64,000 nt of DNA from an uncultured Clostridia bacterium (GTDB lineage: Bacteria; Bacillota; Clostridia; Oscillospirales; CAG-382). A model generated the notes under the pieces. It searched no databases and had not been told where the DNA came from. It saw nothing but the letters and a program-made list of their open reading frames with translations. Shown here piece after piece: positions 63,564 through 64,000 of this stretch. A program made the position numbers and the translations under genes. The stretch lies in assembly GCA_947626805.1 (NCBI GenBank), contig CANQTR010000002.1:1733-65732 (forward strand). Direction: 5' to 3'. Position 1 is the stretch's first letter; each line of letters opens with the position of its first letter.

Positions 63564-63592
63564 TTGACAGGACCGGGAAACTGTGGTACAAT
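63564..63592 (+). promoter_or_regulatory. Sigma-A-type promoter (TTGACA-17-TGgTACAAT)
   Basis: ttgaca 63564-63569, tgg tacaat 63584-63592. Confidence 0.65.
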
Positions 63593-63625
63593 TCTACGGA
63601 GTAAGACCATTCAGGAGGACGTATC

Positions 63626-64000
63626 ATGAACCTGTCGAATCGGTTGCCCGGTCTGTTGCTCGCGGTCTGCCTGCTTGCCGCCGTACTGCTTGCGGCGGGC
63701 TGTGGCGAAGACGACGGAGACCCCGTTTCTTCCGTTCCGCCGTCCGAAAGCGCGCAAACCGGGCAGAGCGTTTCGTCTGACGCGGGAGCCGCGTCTTCCG
63801 ACGGAACCGTCACGCTTCCCTTGCAGTCGCAAGCGGAAAAGCTGTTCGGCGAATGGGAGGCGACGTGGGAACTCAGCGATTTCCTCAACAGCGTCATTTC
63901 ACACAGCGACGCGGATCTCGGAAACTACCTATGCGTCGAAGGTTTCGCGTTCCCCGTGCGTTTCGCGTTTCGGGAGGACGGGACGTACGACTTTTCCCCG
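63626..64000 (+). CDS. Putative lipoprotein, 3' end cut by the window (not in the ORF track because no stop is reached)
   Basis: aggagg RBS at 63613-63618. Encodes MNLSNRLPGLLLAVCLLAAVLLAAGCGEDDG (signal peptide plus lipobox Cys). The frame stays open to nt 64000. Confidence 0.7.
   Translation, partial: MNLSNRLPGLLLAVCLLAAVLLAAGCGEDDGDPVSSVPPSESAQTGQSVSSDAGAASSDGTVTLPLQSQAEKLFGEWEATWELSDFLNSVISHSDADLGNYLCVEGFAFPVRFAFREDGTYDFSP

Noticed and set aside
63196-63897. 233-aa minus-strand ORF bridging the LysR gene end and the next gene
   Set aside because: It is antisense to both the LysR C-terminus and a well-supported lipoprotein start (RBS, signal peptide, lipobox), and it crosses a consensus promoter.

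Overview
GC-rich chromosomal segment. GC looks like the high 50s percent by eye; I did not compute it. It appears to come from an endospore-forming Firmicute of the Clostridia type. The content is almost entirely core and housekeeping, with about 58 protein genes and no rRNA, tRNA, CRISPR array, transposase or prophage that I can support.

Gene order, left block (nt 1-34183, nearly all on +):
- spoIIE (5' end cut by the window)
- an oxidoreductase-like gene and a glycerophosphodiester phosphodiesterase
- a pduL / IscU-like / GGGtGRT operon
- an orphan M56 (BlaR1-type) sensor-protease followed by a start-less ORF
- trpS and a ParE/ParC-like type IIA topoisomerase pair
- gdpP-rplI-dnaB, then tilS-ftsH
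- a degenerate DHHW-family protein and a TrmH-family methyltransferase
- yunB (on -)
- a ComEC-related MBL lipoprotein with a DUF3006 protein
- proC, a SpoIIM-like membrane protein, xerD and a YesL-like protein
- a heterodimeric ABC exporter

At 34.2-34.6 kb transcription converges on a structured 437-bp spacer.

Gene order, right block (mostly on -):
- radA and a CwlD-like amidase
- an operon of a processive GT2 synthase, a protein with two cohesin-like domains and a membrane protein
- ACT + UPF0210 pair (on +) and a GNAT acetyltransferase
- citrate synthase-aconitase-icd
- dapA-dapB-dapF-dapL
- an operon of a hypothetical protein, sodC, a membrane protein and a DUF11 protein
- spoVAC-AD-AEB
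- an acyl-CoA ligase with an ACP (on +)
- metY, tcdA and an HD-domain gene
- a LysR regulator and a 3'-truncated lipoprotein gene (on +)

Many sigma-A-type promoters (TTGACA-17-TGnTATACT) and rho-independent terminators can be read directly. Forespore and mother-cell sigma-factor boxes sit in front of the sporulation genes.

I found no clear-cut novel defence or mobile system. The best candidates for undescribed biology are:
1. the pduL/IscU-like/GGGtGRT operon
2. the GT2 / cohesin-like / membrane-protein operon
3. the hypothetical / signal-less SodC / membrane / DUF11 operon
4. the orphan M56 sensor with a probable frameshifted C-terminal extension
5. the structured convergent spacer carrying a perfect AT-rich palindrome

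All family calls rest on motifs I recognise in the translations. No database search, alignment software or statistics were run. Start codons were chosen by inspecting RBS sequences.
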